Shown: positions 8,659 through 18,483 of the stretch, piece after piece
Layout of the letters: each line of letters opens with the position of its first letter
How positions within the stretch are numbered: position 1 is the stretch's first letter
From: Thermodesulfobacteriota bacterium
GTDB lineage: Bacteria > Desulfobacterota > Desulfobacteria > Desulfobacterales > SURF-7
Assembly: GCA_049320885.1 (NCBI GenBank)
Contig: JBMORA010000014.1
Location: forward strand, 1 to 64,000
Direction of reading: 5' to 3'
Length of the DNA stretch: 64,000 nucleotides
Notes under the pieces: generated by a model
What the model was told of the DNA's origin: nothing
The model's database searches: none
The model's input: only the letters and a program-made list of their open reading frames with translations
Position numbers and translations under genes: made by a program

Positions 8659-10659
8659 ATGTATCGCCATCTGTTCAGTCCCATCCGGATCAACCGGCTT
8701 GAAATCAAGAACCGTATCGCTTACCCGGCCCTGGGGTTGCTATACTCCCATGACAGGGCGCTCAACGATCGCTATTATCATTATTTCCGGGAAAAAGCCG
8801 CCGGCGGTGCCGGTATCGTCACGGTGGGGCCGGTGGGTGTCGATTTCATCGGGTCGGGATGGCTGGTGCTTTCCCTCGCCGAAGACCAGGCGGTGGCCGC
8901 CTTCCGGAAGCTTACCGACATCATCCGGTCCGAAGGAGCCAGCCCCTGGGTGCAGTTGTTTCATGCCGGCGCCTACTCCCATCCCATTCTGATCAATGGG
9001 GAAACGCCCATGGGGCCATCGCCCATCTATTCCAACTATTCCAAAACGACGCCGCGTGAGATGACCGGGGAAGACATTCAAGGGGTGCGGACAGCCTTCG
9101 CGCTGGCGGCGTTACGGGCAAAAGAGGCCGGCTTTGATGGTGTGGAGGTCATTGCATCGGGTGGTTATCTCCTCACGCAGTTTCTTTCCCCGCTGAGGAA
9201 CCAACGAACAGATGAATACGGCGGCAGTTTTGAAAACCGGCTGCGTTTTCCGCGCCAGGTTATCGAGGATTTGCGTGGCGCTGTGGGACCCGATTACCCC
9301 ATCGGTGTTCGCATGGCGGGCAATGATTTCGTACCCGGCAGCAATACCGATGCGGAAACACCGTTGATTGCCAAGGCCTATGAACACGCCGGTGTCAACG
9401 TCATCAATGTCACTGGCGGATGGCATGAAACCAGGGTGCCGCAACTGCCCATGGAACTGCCGCGGTCCGCCTATGCTTATCTGGCGCTGAATATCAAAAA
9501 GGTGGTTTCGGTGCCGGTGATGGCCTCCAATCGCATCGCCGATCCGGAAACAGCTGAAAAAATTCTCCGGAACGGGTATGCCGACATGGTGAATCTGGGG
9601 CGCGTGCTCATTGCCGATCCGGAGTGGCCGCGAAAAGCCTTCGAGGGGCGTGCCCATGAAATCAGGCCTTGCGTGGCCTGTTCCCAGGGCTGTACCGATC
9701 AGGTATTCAGCGGTCTTCCTGTTTTTTGTGCGGGAAATCCACGGGCTGGATTTGAAGGTGACCGGAATATCGTCAAGACCCAAAACCCCAAACGCGTCAT
9801 GGTGATCGGCGCCGGCGCCGCCGGATTGGAAGCGGCGGTGACCGCTGCCAAAGCCGGACACCACGTTGAATTGTACGAAAAATCCACTGATATCGGCGGT
9901 CAGTTATGGCTGGCCGGGGCTCCGCCCCATAAGCAGGAAATACTGGAGTTTATCCGCTACTACCGGGCCATGATCCATAAGCAGGAGATCCCGCTGCATT
10001 TGAATACGGAAGTGGACGTCGCATTGATCCGACAGTTGCATCCGGACCATATCCTTGTCGCGGAAGGAGCCGAACCCCTCATGCCGCCCATTGAAGGTAT
10101 TCAGGACCCCTGTGTCCTGTCGGCCTGGCAAGTGCTTGGAAGCACTCCGTTTCTCGGCAAATCCGTTGCGATCATAGGCGGCGGCGCCGTTGGCCTGGAA
10201 ACCGCCCTTTTGGTGGCCGCACGGGGAACCATCAACCCCGAAACCTTGCATTTCCTGTTCACCTACGAGGCGGAGACCGTGGAAAGACTCCGCGAACTGA
10301 TGTTTTGCGGAAGTACACAGGTGACCGTATTCGAAATGCTTCCCAAGGCAGGAGCGGATGTCGGCAAGTCAACCCGCTGGGTCTTGTTTGATAGTCTTCA
10401 GCGGTATGGTGTACAGATTCTGACCGGCTCGAAAGTCAGGGCTATCCGCCAGGGAACGGTTGTCTTCGAAAAGGACGGCAGGGAAGAACAGCTGCGCTTT
10501 GATCAGGTGATTGCCGCTTTTGGTTCGCGGCCGGTGAAGCGATTATCCTTGGAAATCGAAAAAATGGGTATCCCATTTGAGGTGATCGGGGATTGCATCC
10601 GTCCCGGAAAAATCAATGACGCCATTCATGGCGGCTTTATGGCCGCCCTGCGGATCTGA
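8659..10659 (+). CDS. fadH: 2,4-dienoyl-CoA reductase-like flavoenzyme (OYE barrel, 4Fe-4S, FAD/NAD(P)H domains)
   Basis: Motifs AGFDGVE.ASGGYL..QF, NQRTDEYGGS, GGWHE, CVACSQGC-x11-C, GAGAAG and GGGAVG. SD AAGGAG precedes ATG 8659. Confidence 0.8.
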   Translation: MYRHLFSPIRINRLEIKNRIAYPALGLLYSHDRALNDRYYHYFREKAAGGAGIVTVGPVGVDFIGSGWLVLSLAEDQAVAAFRKLTDIIRSEGASPWVQLFHAGAYSHPILINGETPMGPSPIYSNYSKTTPREMTGEDIQGVRTAFALAALRAKEAGFDGVEVIASGGYLLTQFLSPLRNQRTDEYGGSFENRLRFPRQVIEDLRGAVGPDYPIGVRMAGNDFVPGSNTDAETPLIAKAYEHAGVNVINVTGGWHETRVPQLPMELPRSAYAYLALNIKKVVSVPVMASNRIADPETAEKILRNGYADMVNLGRVLIADPEWPRKAFEGRAHEIRPCVACSQGCTDQVFSGLPVFCAGNPRAGFEGDRNIVKTQNPKRVMVIGAGAAGLEAAVTAAKAGHHVELYEKSTDIGGQLWLAGAPPHKQEILEFIRYYRAMIHKQEIPLHLNTEVDVALIRQLHPDHILVAEGAEPLMPPIEGIQDPCVLSAWQVLGSTPFLGKSVAIIGGGAVGLETALLVAARGTINPETLHFLFTYEAETVERLRELMFCGSTQVTVFEMLPKAGADVGKSTRWVLFDSLQRYGVQILTGSKVRAIRQGTVVFEKDGREEQLRFDQVIAAFGSRPVKRLSLEIEKMGIPFEVIGDCIRPGKINDAIHGGFMAALRI

Positions 10660-10698
10660 GGCGACAACATCCCCTTCCGCCCCAATGGGCAAATTTTG

Positions 10699-10740
10699 CA
10701 ACCCGCCGTGTACGCATCGTAACTCGGCGGGTTGTTTGTT
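10699..10740 (+). terminator. Rho-independent terminator of the carboxylase operon
   Basis: 10-bp stem CAACCCGCCG/CGGCGGGTTG with an inner TACG/CGTA pair, followed by TTTGTT, 40 nt after the stop codon. Confidence 0.65.
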
Positions 10741-10785
10741 ACCGACTGTCCGGGAAAATCCTGCATGATTTCAGGAAAAATTTTC

Positions 10786-10801
10786 AGGCATGTTTATTGC
10801 A
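10786..10801 (+). promoter_or_regulatory. Possible sigma54 (-24/-12) promoter
   Basis: AGGCATGTTTATTGCA has GG-N10-GC spacing and is close to the TGGCACG-N4-TTGC consensus. Confidence 0.35.
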
Positions 10802-11776
10802 GATATTTTGGAGTGCCTTGCTCCCGATCGCAGTAAAAGCGCGATTGGTTTGAAATCCAAAATCGAATTGGATGAAAATCCATTTGCTGAAAAGACAATC
10901 ATCATGCTGGAAAATATGTTGCCGGTAGCCAAACAATTTCATGATGTCATGACCCATGTTCTGGGTCCGTTCATCAATGGAGAATCAAGCCACCATCCCC
11001 ACCTGTTCTTACCATCGGATCTGTATCATATCATTTCGTGCTGTGATTCGCGGACCGAATTTTTCAAGTATGAACGAGCCGCCCATGAATGCGCCGAGGG
11101 GCGGAATCCGGTCATGCAAAACGGGCAAAACCATCTCCCAAAAGGAAAGACCCGCCCGGTTTCTGTTTCCGATCCCAAAAGCAGGGTCCCGAAAATCATC
11201 CACCAGCGATGCCGGATCGGTATCCGGAAAACCGTGGCCCAATTTCCGGCGTTTGAAAACGCCACTTCCTGTCATGGGTTGCCCATCGGTAAGAAAGAAG
11301 GAATATACTGGATCAAGCCGTTTCAGGTGGAACTGATGAAAACCGGAATATCCGATGGTATTTTTCCATTGGAAATCCGATCCGTTTTTCTGCTGACCTT
11401 TGAAAGCGGGACCACCGGCAAAGCCGGATATATCGACCGGATGAATTCGCCGGAGAAGTTGCGACGATTTCATCTGTATCAAGACGGCAAACAGGAAACA
11501 GCAGACGCCTATTCCGAGCAACGCCGGATGCATGATCTTTTCAGGACATTGATGGGGCAGATCCTGCTGGCGGAAATCCATCCTTCGCTGTATCGAATTT
11601 TTCGTCCATACATTCGTCCCTGCCTGCCGGGTATGAATAAAAAGGAATCAAGCTCTCCGCGCTTGGCGTCAGCCACATCGGATTCACACAACATCCTGCC
11701 GTTTATCACCAATCGGGTTCGCAGAGTCGGAAAGCCGTTTACCGGTGACCTTCCGAAACAGTTTCGATCCAGATGA
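10790..11776 (+). CDS. Hypothetical protein (true start probably downstream)
   Basis: 328-codon ORF filling a gap between genes, with no recognisable motif. Confidence 0.4.
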   Translation: MFIADILECLAPDRSKSAIGLKSKIELDENPFAEKTIIMLENMLPVAKQFHDVMTHVLGPFINGESSHHPHLFLPSDLYHIISCCDSRTEFFKYERAAHECAEGRNPVMQNGQNHLPKGKTRPVSVSDPKSRVPKIIHQRCRIGIRKTVAQFPAFENATSCHGLPIGKKEGIYWIKPFQVELMKTGISDGIFPLEIRSVFLLTFESGTTGKAGYIDRMNSPEKLRRFHLYQDGKQETADAYSEQRRMHDLFRTLMGQILLAEIHPSLYRIFRPYIRPCLPGMNKKESSSPRLASATSDSHNILPFITNRVRRVGKPFTGDLPKQFRSR

Positions 11777-11823
11777 AAAAAACCCCGGGCCCACAACCTC
11801 TATCTGTAATCATACCCAATATC

Positions 11824-12258
11824 ATGGAAACCAATTCTCGCATTCACGAAAAGCGGAAAGGCTGCAGCATCATCTTCCTCAATCCCCAGCACCAGATCCT
11901 GCTGGTCCTGCGGGATGACAAACCCGATATCCCTTACCCCAACTGCTGGGATCTACCCGGCGGTCATGTGGAATCAGGGGAAACTCCTTCCCGATGCATT
12001 GTTCGGGAAATGAACGAGGAAATCGGTTATGACCTGAAGGAATTTCAATTGGTATCGGTTTTTGAGTTTGACGATCGCATCGAATACACTTACTGGAAAG
12101 CCGTGGACTTTGATATCCGTCAAATCCATTTGACCGAGGGACAGTGCTTGCGCTGGTTTACTCGCGAGGAAATTTCCAAAACCCGATTGGCCTGCGGATT
12201 TAATAGAATCATAGCGGATTTTTTTCAAAAAGCACCCTACGAATCGAAATCTCCCTGA
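11824..12258 (+). CDS. NUDIX hydrolase
   Basis: Nudix box GGHVESGETPSRCIVREMNEEIG and LRDDKPDIPYPNCWDLPGG. Start uncertain (11773 or 11824). Confidence 0.88.
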   Translation: METNSRIHEKRKGCSIIFLNPQHQILLVLRDDKPDIPYPNCWDLPGGHVESGETPSRCIVREMNEEIGYDLKEFQLVSVFEFDDRIEYTYWKAVDFDIRQIHLTEGQCLRWFTREEISKTRLACGFNRIIADFFQKAPYESKSP

Positions 12259-12444
12259 CATGGTAGGGTATTCAATCGGTCGGGGCTTTTCCGCCATTCC
12301 CTTACAGTCCGAACTTTACTTATCCACCGCGGTTTGTTATGAGAATATCCAATCATCATTCGTTTGATCCGTTCCAACATTTCCATTCATCAGCAGACAA
12401 GGCCACTGAAGGCGCTGCATAAGCCAGGATAAGGGGTGCATATC

Positions 12445-13644
12445 ATGTGCAAACGATTCGTTATCATCTGGATATGTCTGTTCGTTTTCGGCATCACGGT
12501 TGTCTTCATGAAAACACCCGTCACCGCTGCCGAGGATTCAACGCCGTATCTTTTGGGCCTGTTGCTGGTCGGACCCTACAATGATCATGGATGGAGCCAG
12601 GCCCATTATGAAGCCGGTGAATATGCCCAGCTGAAAATCAGCGGGTTGAAAATGCTGTATATCGACAAAGTCAACCCGGCTGACCGTCCCGGGGTTACCA
12701 TCACCCAACTTGTCGACGATCTGGTGGAAAAAGGCGCCCGGTTTGTCATCGCCAATTCAGACGATATGAAAGACGGAATCCGCGAGGCAGCCAGGCTTCA
12801 TCCCGAAGTTCATTTTTTGCACATTTCAGGGGATGATGTTCTTACAGGAAAAGCACCAAAAAATCTCAGCAATCTCATGGGGCGTATGGAATACGGGAAA
12901 ATGATCGCCGGATTTGCTGCTGCCATGACCACCAAAAGCGGCAAAATCGGCTATCTTGGACCGCTGATCAATGAGGAAACCAGACGTTTGGCCGTTTCCT
13001 GCTATCTCGGCGCCCGATACGCATGGGAAAATGTTCTGCATAAAAACCCCCGGGAACTGACGTTTCAGGTCAACTGGATCGGATTCTGGTTCAACATTCC
13101 CGGTGTTACCGCCGATCCTACCCAAGTGAGCCAACAATTTTTTGATGCCGGATTCGATGTCATCGTTTCCGGAATTGATACGACCGAAGCAGCGGTGGTG
13201 GCTCAGCAGCGCCGAAAGCAGGGGAAAAATGTATGGGCCGTTCCCTATGACTATAAAGGCGCCTGCAACGTGGCTCCCGAAGGTTGCATCGGTGTGCCGT
13301 ATTTTAATTGGGGGCCAAGTTACGTGGAATTCTTGAAAAGCTCAATGGATGGCAATTGGAAATCCGAATGGGTTTGGAAAGGTCCGGACTGGAAGGATAT
13401 CAACAATCAAGACAGTAGTGCCGTTGGTTTCATCAAGGGGCCGGCTCTTGGGAAAGCCGCAAGGGATGCGGTGAATGATTTTATACAGAAACTTGGTCAA
13501 CAGGAAATCAACCTGTTCCAAGGCCCCTTGCTTTACCAGGATGGCAGCGTATTTCTAAAAACCGGTGAAATCGCAAACGACAAACAAATATGGTACATGC
13601 CTCAGTTGCTGAAAGGCATGACCGGTCAAAGCAGCGCGAAATAG
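12445..13644 (+). CDS. BMP/PnrA-family ABC transporter substrate-binding protein (nucleoside/purine-type)
   Basis: Signal peptide; motifs GPYNDHGWSQAH, KIGYLG, GFWF and YFNWG. Lies upstream of a CUT2-type ATPase and two permeases. Confidence 0.85.
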   Translation: MCKRFVIIWICLFVFGITVVFMKTPVTAAEDSTPYLLGLLLVGPYNDHGWSQAHYEAGEYAQLKISGLKMLYIDKVNPADRPGVTITQLVDDLVEKGARFVIANSDDMKDGIREAARLHPEVHFLHISGDDVLTGKAPKNLSNLMGRMEYGKMIAGFAAAMTTKSGKIGYLGPLINEETRRLAVSCYLGARYAWENVLHKNPRELTFQVNWIGFWFNIPGVTADPTQVSQQFFDAGFDVIVSGIDTTEAAVVAQQRRKQGKNVWAVPYDYKGACNVAPEGCIGVPYFNWGPSYVEFLKSSMDGNWKSEWVWKGPDWKDINNQDSSAVGFIKGPALGKAARDAVNDFIQKLGQQEINLFQGPLLYQDGSVFLKTGEIANDKQIWYMPQLLKGMTGQSSAK

Positions 13645-13769
13645 AATTCCATAACATCCAGCAGCAGGCATCCGATTGGAATACCGGTGGCTTAGACGAT
13701 GTTGCGGCCATTGATCACCGGTAAAGTCCCGCGGGCTTTTCCAGCCGCACCCGACGGAAATCACCGCAC

Positions 13770-15236
13770 ATGCAAATCGAATTCCGGAACATCTCCAAGC
13801 AGTTTGGTTCGATCTGGGCCAATCGGAATATCAGCATTACCCTTGAATCCGGACTTGTCCACGGATTGTTGGGTGAAAACGGTGCCGGTAAAAGCACCCT
13901 GATGAAGATTCTTAGCGGGTACCTCCAACCCTCCAGCGGCGAAGTCCTGATAAACGGCCGGGCGACCTTGCTCCACCCTCCCCTCCTGGCACGCCGGTTG
14001 GGAGTGGGCATGCTCTATCAGGAACCGATGGATGTTGCCCGCTTGACGGTTTTTGAAAACTACATTCTCGGCCATTCGACTACCGGTTTTCTTTCCAAAG
14101 CGGTTTATCAAACCCGGCTTCAGGTCTGTGCAAACAAGCTTGGTTTCCGGCTTCATCCGAAACAATGCCTGGAAGAGCTCACCATTGGAGAACGTCAGCA
14201 GCTCGAAATTGTCCGCTTGCTTTCTTTGGGTGTAAACACCTTGATTCTTGATGAGCCTACCACTGGAATATCGAACTTGCAGAAAGAAACACTGTTTTCC
14301 GCTCTCCGGACCCTTGCCGCGGATGGAAAGACCATTCTTCTGGTATCTCATAAGATCAAGGACATCATTGCCCTATGCGATCATGTGGCGGTTCTGCGAA
14401 ACGGAGAGCTGCTCTCCCGGCACGAAAAACCGTTTTCTGAAAAAATTCTGCTGGAAAACATGTTTGGAGACGTGCCGGATCATCCACGGGCCAAAGCCGG
14501 AAAAGGAAAACTCGGCCCACCGGTGTTGGCCATGGAGAATGTCACGACGTTTCATGGACGCAGTGGCCTGCAACAATGCAACGCCGTGATACGGGAAAGT
14601 GAAATCGTGGGCTTGGCCGGAGTAGACGGAAGCGGTCAAGAGAGTTTTTTACGGATTGCCGGAGGTCTGATCCCCGCCGAAGAAGGCTCTCTTTTCGTTT
14701 GCGGTACCCCCATATCACGTAACCGATACCACGAACTTCGGCAACGAGGTGTTTTTTTTATTCCAGCAGCCAGATTGGAAGAAGGGCTCATAACCGGTAT
14801 TACCATCGCCGAACATTTGGCCCTGCTGCAACCGAAGCCGCCTTTTTTTCTTTCATGGAAAAAGATATGGCTCCAAACGTTAGCCAGGCTTTCCTCTTTT
14901 GACATTCGGGGATTGCCTGAATCCCTGGTCCAAGAACTATCCGGAGGAAATCAACAGCGATTGATGCTTTCATTTATCCCCCAAAATCCCACCATTTTGT
15001 TGTGTGAAAACCCGACGAGGGGCTTGGATATCGCTTCCAGCGGGGATATGTGGCGGCGATTGCAACAACTATGTGGACAGGGAGCTTCCATCGTTTTCAG
15101 CTCACCCGACCTGGAGGAGGTAATCACCTACGCCCAACGGATACTTGTTTTTTTTAACGGCCGGATCATTCAGGATGTCCCCAAGGAACGAACCGATGCC
15201 TACCTACTGGGTCAGGCCATAGCAGGAATTGCATGA
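13770..15236 (+). CDS. ABC transporter ATP-binding protein (duplicated NBD, CUT2 type)
   Basis: Walker A GENGAGKST, LILDEPT, LSGGNQQR and ENPTRGLD. Confidence 0.92.
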   Translation: MQIEFRNISKQFGSIWANRNISITLESGLVHGLLGENGAGKSTLMKILSGYLQPSSGEVLINGRATLLHPPLLARRLGVGMLYQEPMDVARLTVFENYILGHSTTGFLSKAVYQTRLQVCANKLGFRLHPKQCLEELTIGERQQLEIVRLLSLGVNTLILDEPTTGISNLQKETLFSALRTLAADGKTILLVSHKIKDIIALCDHVAVLRNGELLSRHEKPFSEKILLENMFGDVPDHPRAKAGKGKLGPPVLAMENVTTFHGRSGLQQCNAVIRESEIVGLAGVDGSGQESFLRIAGGLIPAEEGSLFVCGTPISRNRYHELRQRGVFFIPAARLEEGLITGITIAEHLALLQPKPPFFLSWKKIWLQTLARLSSFDIRGLPESLVQELSGGNQQRLMLSFIPQNPTILLCENPTRGLDIASSGDMWRRLQQLCGQGASIVFSSPDLEEVITYAQRILVFFNGRIIQDVPKERTDAYLLGQAIAGIA

Positions 15237-16345
15237 ATCGGATGAAACACCCGGGCAGCCGGGCAAGCGGCATACCAGGCAACCGCCTTTTCAAAAACTG
15301 GGCCGCGGTTCCTTCCATGGGTATCGGCCTTGTTATCGCGCTGTCCTTTTCCAGCGTGGTCCTGCTGCTTATGGGTTCATCACCGCTTCCGGTATACTGG
15401 CACCTGCTGAAAGGCTCCCTTGGTTCCTGGCAAAAACTGATTCAGGTCATCAATAGCTGGGTGCCTCTGACCCTGTGCGCCACCGGGTTGTTGTATACGT
15501 TTCGGATTGATATGTGGAACATCGGTATCGAGGGGCAGATCATGATTGGCGCCATATTCAGCACCTGGGTATTGCGCGGTCAATGGTCCAACCACACGCC
15601 CTCCGGACAATTGTTCCTATCCCTCCTGGCGGCCATGGCCGGCGGAGGCTTTTGGGCCCTGATAACCGGATTCCTGAAAACGAGGGGGGGGGTTAATGAA
15701 ATATTCGCCGGACTGGGAATGAACTTTATCGCCCAGGGGCTCGTCATCTGGCTGATCTTCGGCCCCTGGAAAAGAGCGGGAATGGCTTCCATGAGCGGTA
15801 CCGAGATTCTGCCGCCTCATCTCTGGCTTCCCACCATGACACCCTATCGGTTTTCTCCGATTGGAGTGGGTCTTGCCGTTGCATGCTTCATATTTTCCGC
15901 TGTGCTGCTTCATAAAACCCATGCCGGACTCGCCATCAAGGCTGTCGGAAAAAACTTGCGCGCCGCCAATACGTTGGGAATCCCCACCGAGAGGTATTTG
16001 CTGCTGGCCATGCTGCTGGCCGGTTGCTGTGGGGGTATTGCCGGCAACTTTCTGATCACGGGAGTATACCATCGGCTCCTGCCTGCCGTTTCATGTAACT
16101 ACGGATATCTATCCTTGCTGGTGGTAATGCTTTCCGATTATCGGATTCTGCCTACCATCCTGATCGCCTTTTTCTTCGCCAGCATCAATGTGGGCAGCAT
16201 TCAGCTGCCCATCTTGTTTCATATGGATTCCGCCTTCAGCGGCGTCCTCCAAGGGCTCATCGTGATTTCCGCCTTATGCCTTAACGGTTGGCGATCGAAA
16301 CCCGATACCTACAAAGAAAAAGGCCGCCTTCATGATTCTTCCTGA
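15233..16345 (+). CDS. ABC transporter permease
   Basis: Multiple TM segments; WNIGIEGQ and GVNEI motifs of nucleoside ABC permeases. Confidence 0.88.
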   Translation: MNRMKHPGSRASGIPGNRLFKNWAAVPSMGIGLVIALSFSSVVLLLMGSSPLPVYWHLLKGSLGSWQKLIQVINSWVPLTLCATGLLYTFRIDMWNIGIEGQIMIGAIFSTWVLRGQWSNHTPSGQLFLSLLAAMAGGGFWALITGFLKTRGGVNEIFAGLGMNFIAQGLVIWLIFGPWKRAGMASMSGTEILPPHLWLPTMTPYRFSPIGVGLAVACFIFSAVLLHKTHAGLAIKAVGKNLRAANTLGIPTERYLLLAMLLAGCCGGIAGNFLITGVYHRLLPAVSCNYGYLSLLVVMLSDYRILPTILIAFFFASINVGSIQLPILFHMDSAFSGVLQGLIVISALCLNGWRSKPDTYKEKGRLHDSS

Positions 16346-17306
16346 ACCCGTGGTTCTTGCAGCTGGCGTCGTTTCCAGCGCAACCCCCATCATCCTTGCC
16401 GTCATCGGGGAAACCATCACTGAAAAGGCCGGTGTCATCAATCTATCCCTGGATGGCACTATTTTGCTATCCGCCATGGTATCTTTCGTTGTTGCCAGTC
16501 AAACCGGCAATCTGATTCTCGCCACGATTGCTGCTGCCATGGTGGGCGGGTCCATTGCCGGCGGTATCGCCTTTTTCAGTCTCTATGGCCGTGTTTCCCA
16601 GGTGGCCATCGGTTTTATCATGGCACTCATGGCCAAAGATGCGGCCTATTTTCTTGGCAACGCCTATGCAAGAATCAACGGGCCGCAATTCGGCGACTCT
16701 GGAATTCCGCTGTTACGTGACCTACCTTTTGTAGGGCCAGTCCTCTTCGACCACAATATATTGGTGTATGTTGGGTTGCTCCTGATCCCATTTTCCAGCT
16801 GGTTGCTATACTCCACCCGTGCGGGCCTGAATTTGCGGGCAATTGGTGAAAACCCGTTGGCCTGCTACGCCAGGGGATTATCGCCGCGACCCTATCAGGT
16901 GATGGCTGCCATCATGGGTGGCGCATTGGTGGGAATATCCGGTGCCGCGTTTTCCTTGTGTTTCAAACCGGGCTGGGGGCGTCCCCAAGGTGCTGAGGGA
17001 ACCGGCTGGATCGTGTTGGCCCTGGTCATTTTCGGCGGTTGGAATCCAATTCGGGCCAGCGTCGGGGCCTATTTTTTTGCAATGCTGCAGATTATCGCCA
17101 TTCATCTGCAAACCCGGTTTGATCAGCTTCCCGCCACCATTTTTCAGATAGCCCCCTTCCCGCTGATGATCTCCACCCTTCTGTTGATCCAGGTTTTCAA
17201 AAAGGGGCAACAAAGAAAGAACACCGGGCGCCCGGGTTTTGGGGGAAGAATAACGGATATCTTATGGGGCGCCGCACCGGCATCCTTAGGAAAAACATTT
17301 CTGTAG
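16332..17306 (+). CDS. ABC transporter permease
   Basis: Motifs EKAGVINLSLDG, LRAIGENP and GWIVLALVIFGGWNP. Confidence 0.88.
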   Translation: MILPEPVVLAAGVVSSATPIILAVIGETITEKAGVINLSLDGTILLSAMVSFVVASQTGNLILATIAAAMVGGSIAGGIAFFSLYGRVSQVAIGFIMALMAKDAAYFLGNAYARINGPQFGDSGIPLLRDLPFVGPVLFDHNILVYVGLLLIPFSSWLLYSTRAGLNLRAIGENPLACYARGLSPRPYQVMAAIMGGALVGISGAAFSLCFKPGWGRPQGAEGTGWIVLALVIFGGWNPIRASVGAYFFAMLQIIAIHLQTRFDQLPATIFQIAPFPLMISTLLLIQVFKKGQQRKNTGRPGFGGRITDILWGAAPASLGKTFL

Positions 17307-18113
17307 CAGTATTGCCGTCCAACCCTTTCGCGTTTCACTTGTTTTGAACGCAAAACCACTACGCGCATAGAACGACTGCAACATTTCTTTTTCCGATGAT
17401 TTTATTCCCGACAATATCAGGAATCCTTCCGGTGTCAGAATCCGGGAGATCCGCTCCTGCAAATTGAGCAACGTGGGCAGGCGTAAATTCGCTGTGATCA
17501 GTGAGCACGGTCCAAATGAATCGTCCGCCACCCCATGCCGAATATCCATTCGATTTTCCATCCGGTTTAGCGCTGCATTTTGTTTTGCTTCAAACACCGC
17601 GCAGGGATCGGTGTCAACGGCAATCACCCGCCCCATACCCATGAATGCCATTGCAATGCCCAGAATCCCGGTGCCGGTGCCGATATCCAGACCGATGCCG
17701 GCGGATGGAATTTCTTTTGTCGGTCGGCGGAAAAGCAGGTTGTCCAGCAGGACCATGGACAAACATGTGGTGGGATGATCACCCAAGCCGAAAGCCGATC
17801 CGGATGAAATGGTAATGGCCACACGACTGTCATCGACAGATTGGTCCAGTCGGTTTTGCGGCGGCTGAATCCAAACGTGCTCTGAAATTTTTACCGGGTG
17901 GTCATGGGAAATTTCCAAAAAGGAACACCCATGTACATAGCTGTACTTCAGAACTCCTGACGTAACCAACTCCATCAGCGTTCGATGAAAAATGTCAACG
18001 TCCAGATGACAGAAAGCACGAAAATCCCGGCGGAGATCATGACTTGTCAACCGGCGATCAGCAAACCGGACCTGATCCAGTATCCAATCGTGAACTTGTA
18101 CACAGGCGGTCAT
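17286..18113 (-). CDS. PrmA-like SAM-dependent protein methyltransferase with atypical N-terminal domain
   Basis: Motifs SGSAFGLGDHPTT, LDIGTGTGILGI, AVDTDPCAV, ANL and LILSGI. Start uncertain. Confidence 0.75.
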   Translation of the reverse strand: MTACVQVHDWILDQVRFADRRLTSHDLRRDFRAFCHLDVDIFHRTLMELVTSGVLKYSYVHGCSFLEISHDHPVKISEHVWIQPPQNRLDQSVDDSRVAITISSGSAFGLGDHPTTCLSMVLLDNLLFRRPTKEIPSAGIGLDIGTGTGILGIAMAFMGMGRVIAVDTDPCAVFEAKQNAALNRMENRMDIRHGVADDSFGPCSLITANLRLPTLLNLQERISRILTPEGFLILSGIKSSEKEMLQSFYARSGFAFKTSETRKGWTAILLQKCFS

Positions 18114-18138
18114 GCCATATCCGTGAAAGAAATGCCCG

Positions 18139-18483
18139 TCAGAGCACACCTTCTTGCTTCAACAATTTTTCATACCAGCAGGCAAACTCAAACATACCGC
18201 GATAGCGATCGTTCTCATTGATCAGGCCGAGACAAATCTCGAACGCGCCCCGTCCAAACTCATTGCTATACTCCTCCATTTTTTTGGACTGGAGAAATTC
18301 ACGGATGAGTGTCTGACTGGTTCGTCTGGTTCTATCCTGGCGAATATCAATGGGGTCTTTCGGCTCCAAAAAAGGATCCCATTTGTCATAACCCTTTTTT
18401 AGGATTTGAGACTGGCGGCGAGGAGCCATGGCTTCAAATACTGCTTTTTTCCTGTCTGATTTTTCCTTTTCGTCAGCGGTCAT
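18139..18483 (-). CDS. Hypothetical protein (114 aa)
   Basis: Clean ORF with SD GGAG; start overlaps the upstream stop (ATGA). Confidence 0.75.
   Translation of the reverse strand: MTADEKEKSDRKKAVFEAMAPRRQSQILKKGYDKWDPFLEPKDPIDIRQDRTRRTSQTLIREFLQSKKMEEYSNEFGRGAFEICLGLINENDRYRGMFEFACWYEKLLKQEGVL

Noticed and set aside
12320..12328. DnaA-box-like TTATCCACC
   Set aside because: A single mismatched box with no cluster or unwinding element is not evidence for oriC.
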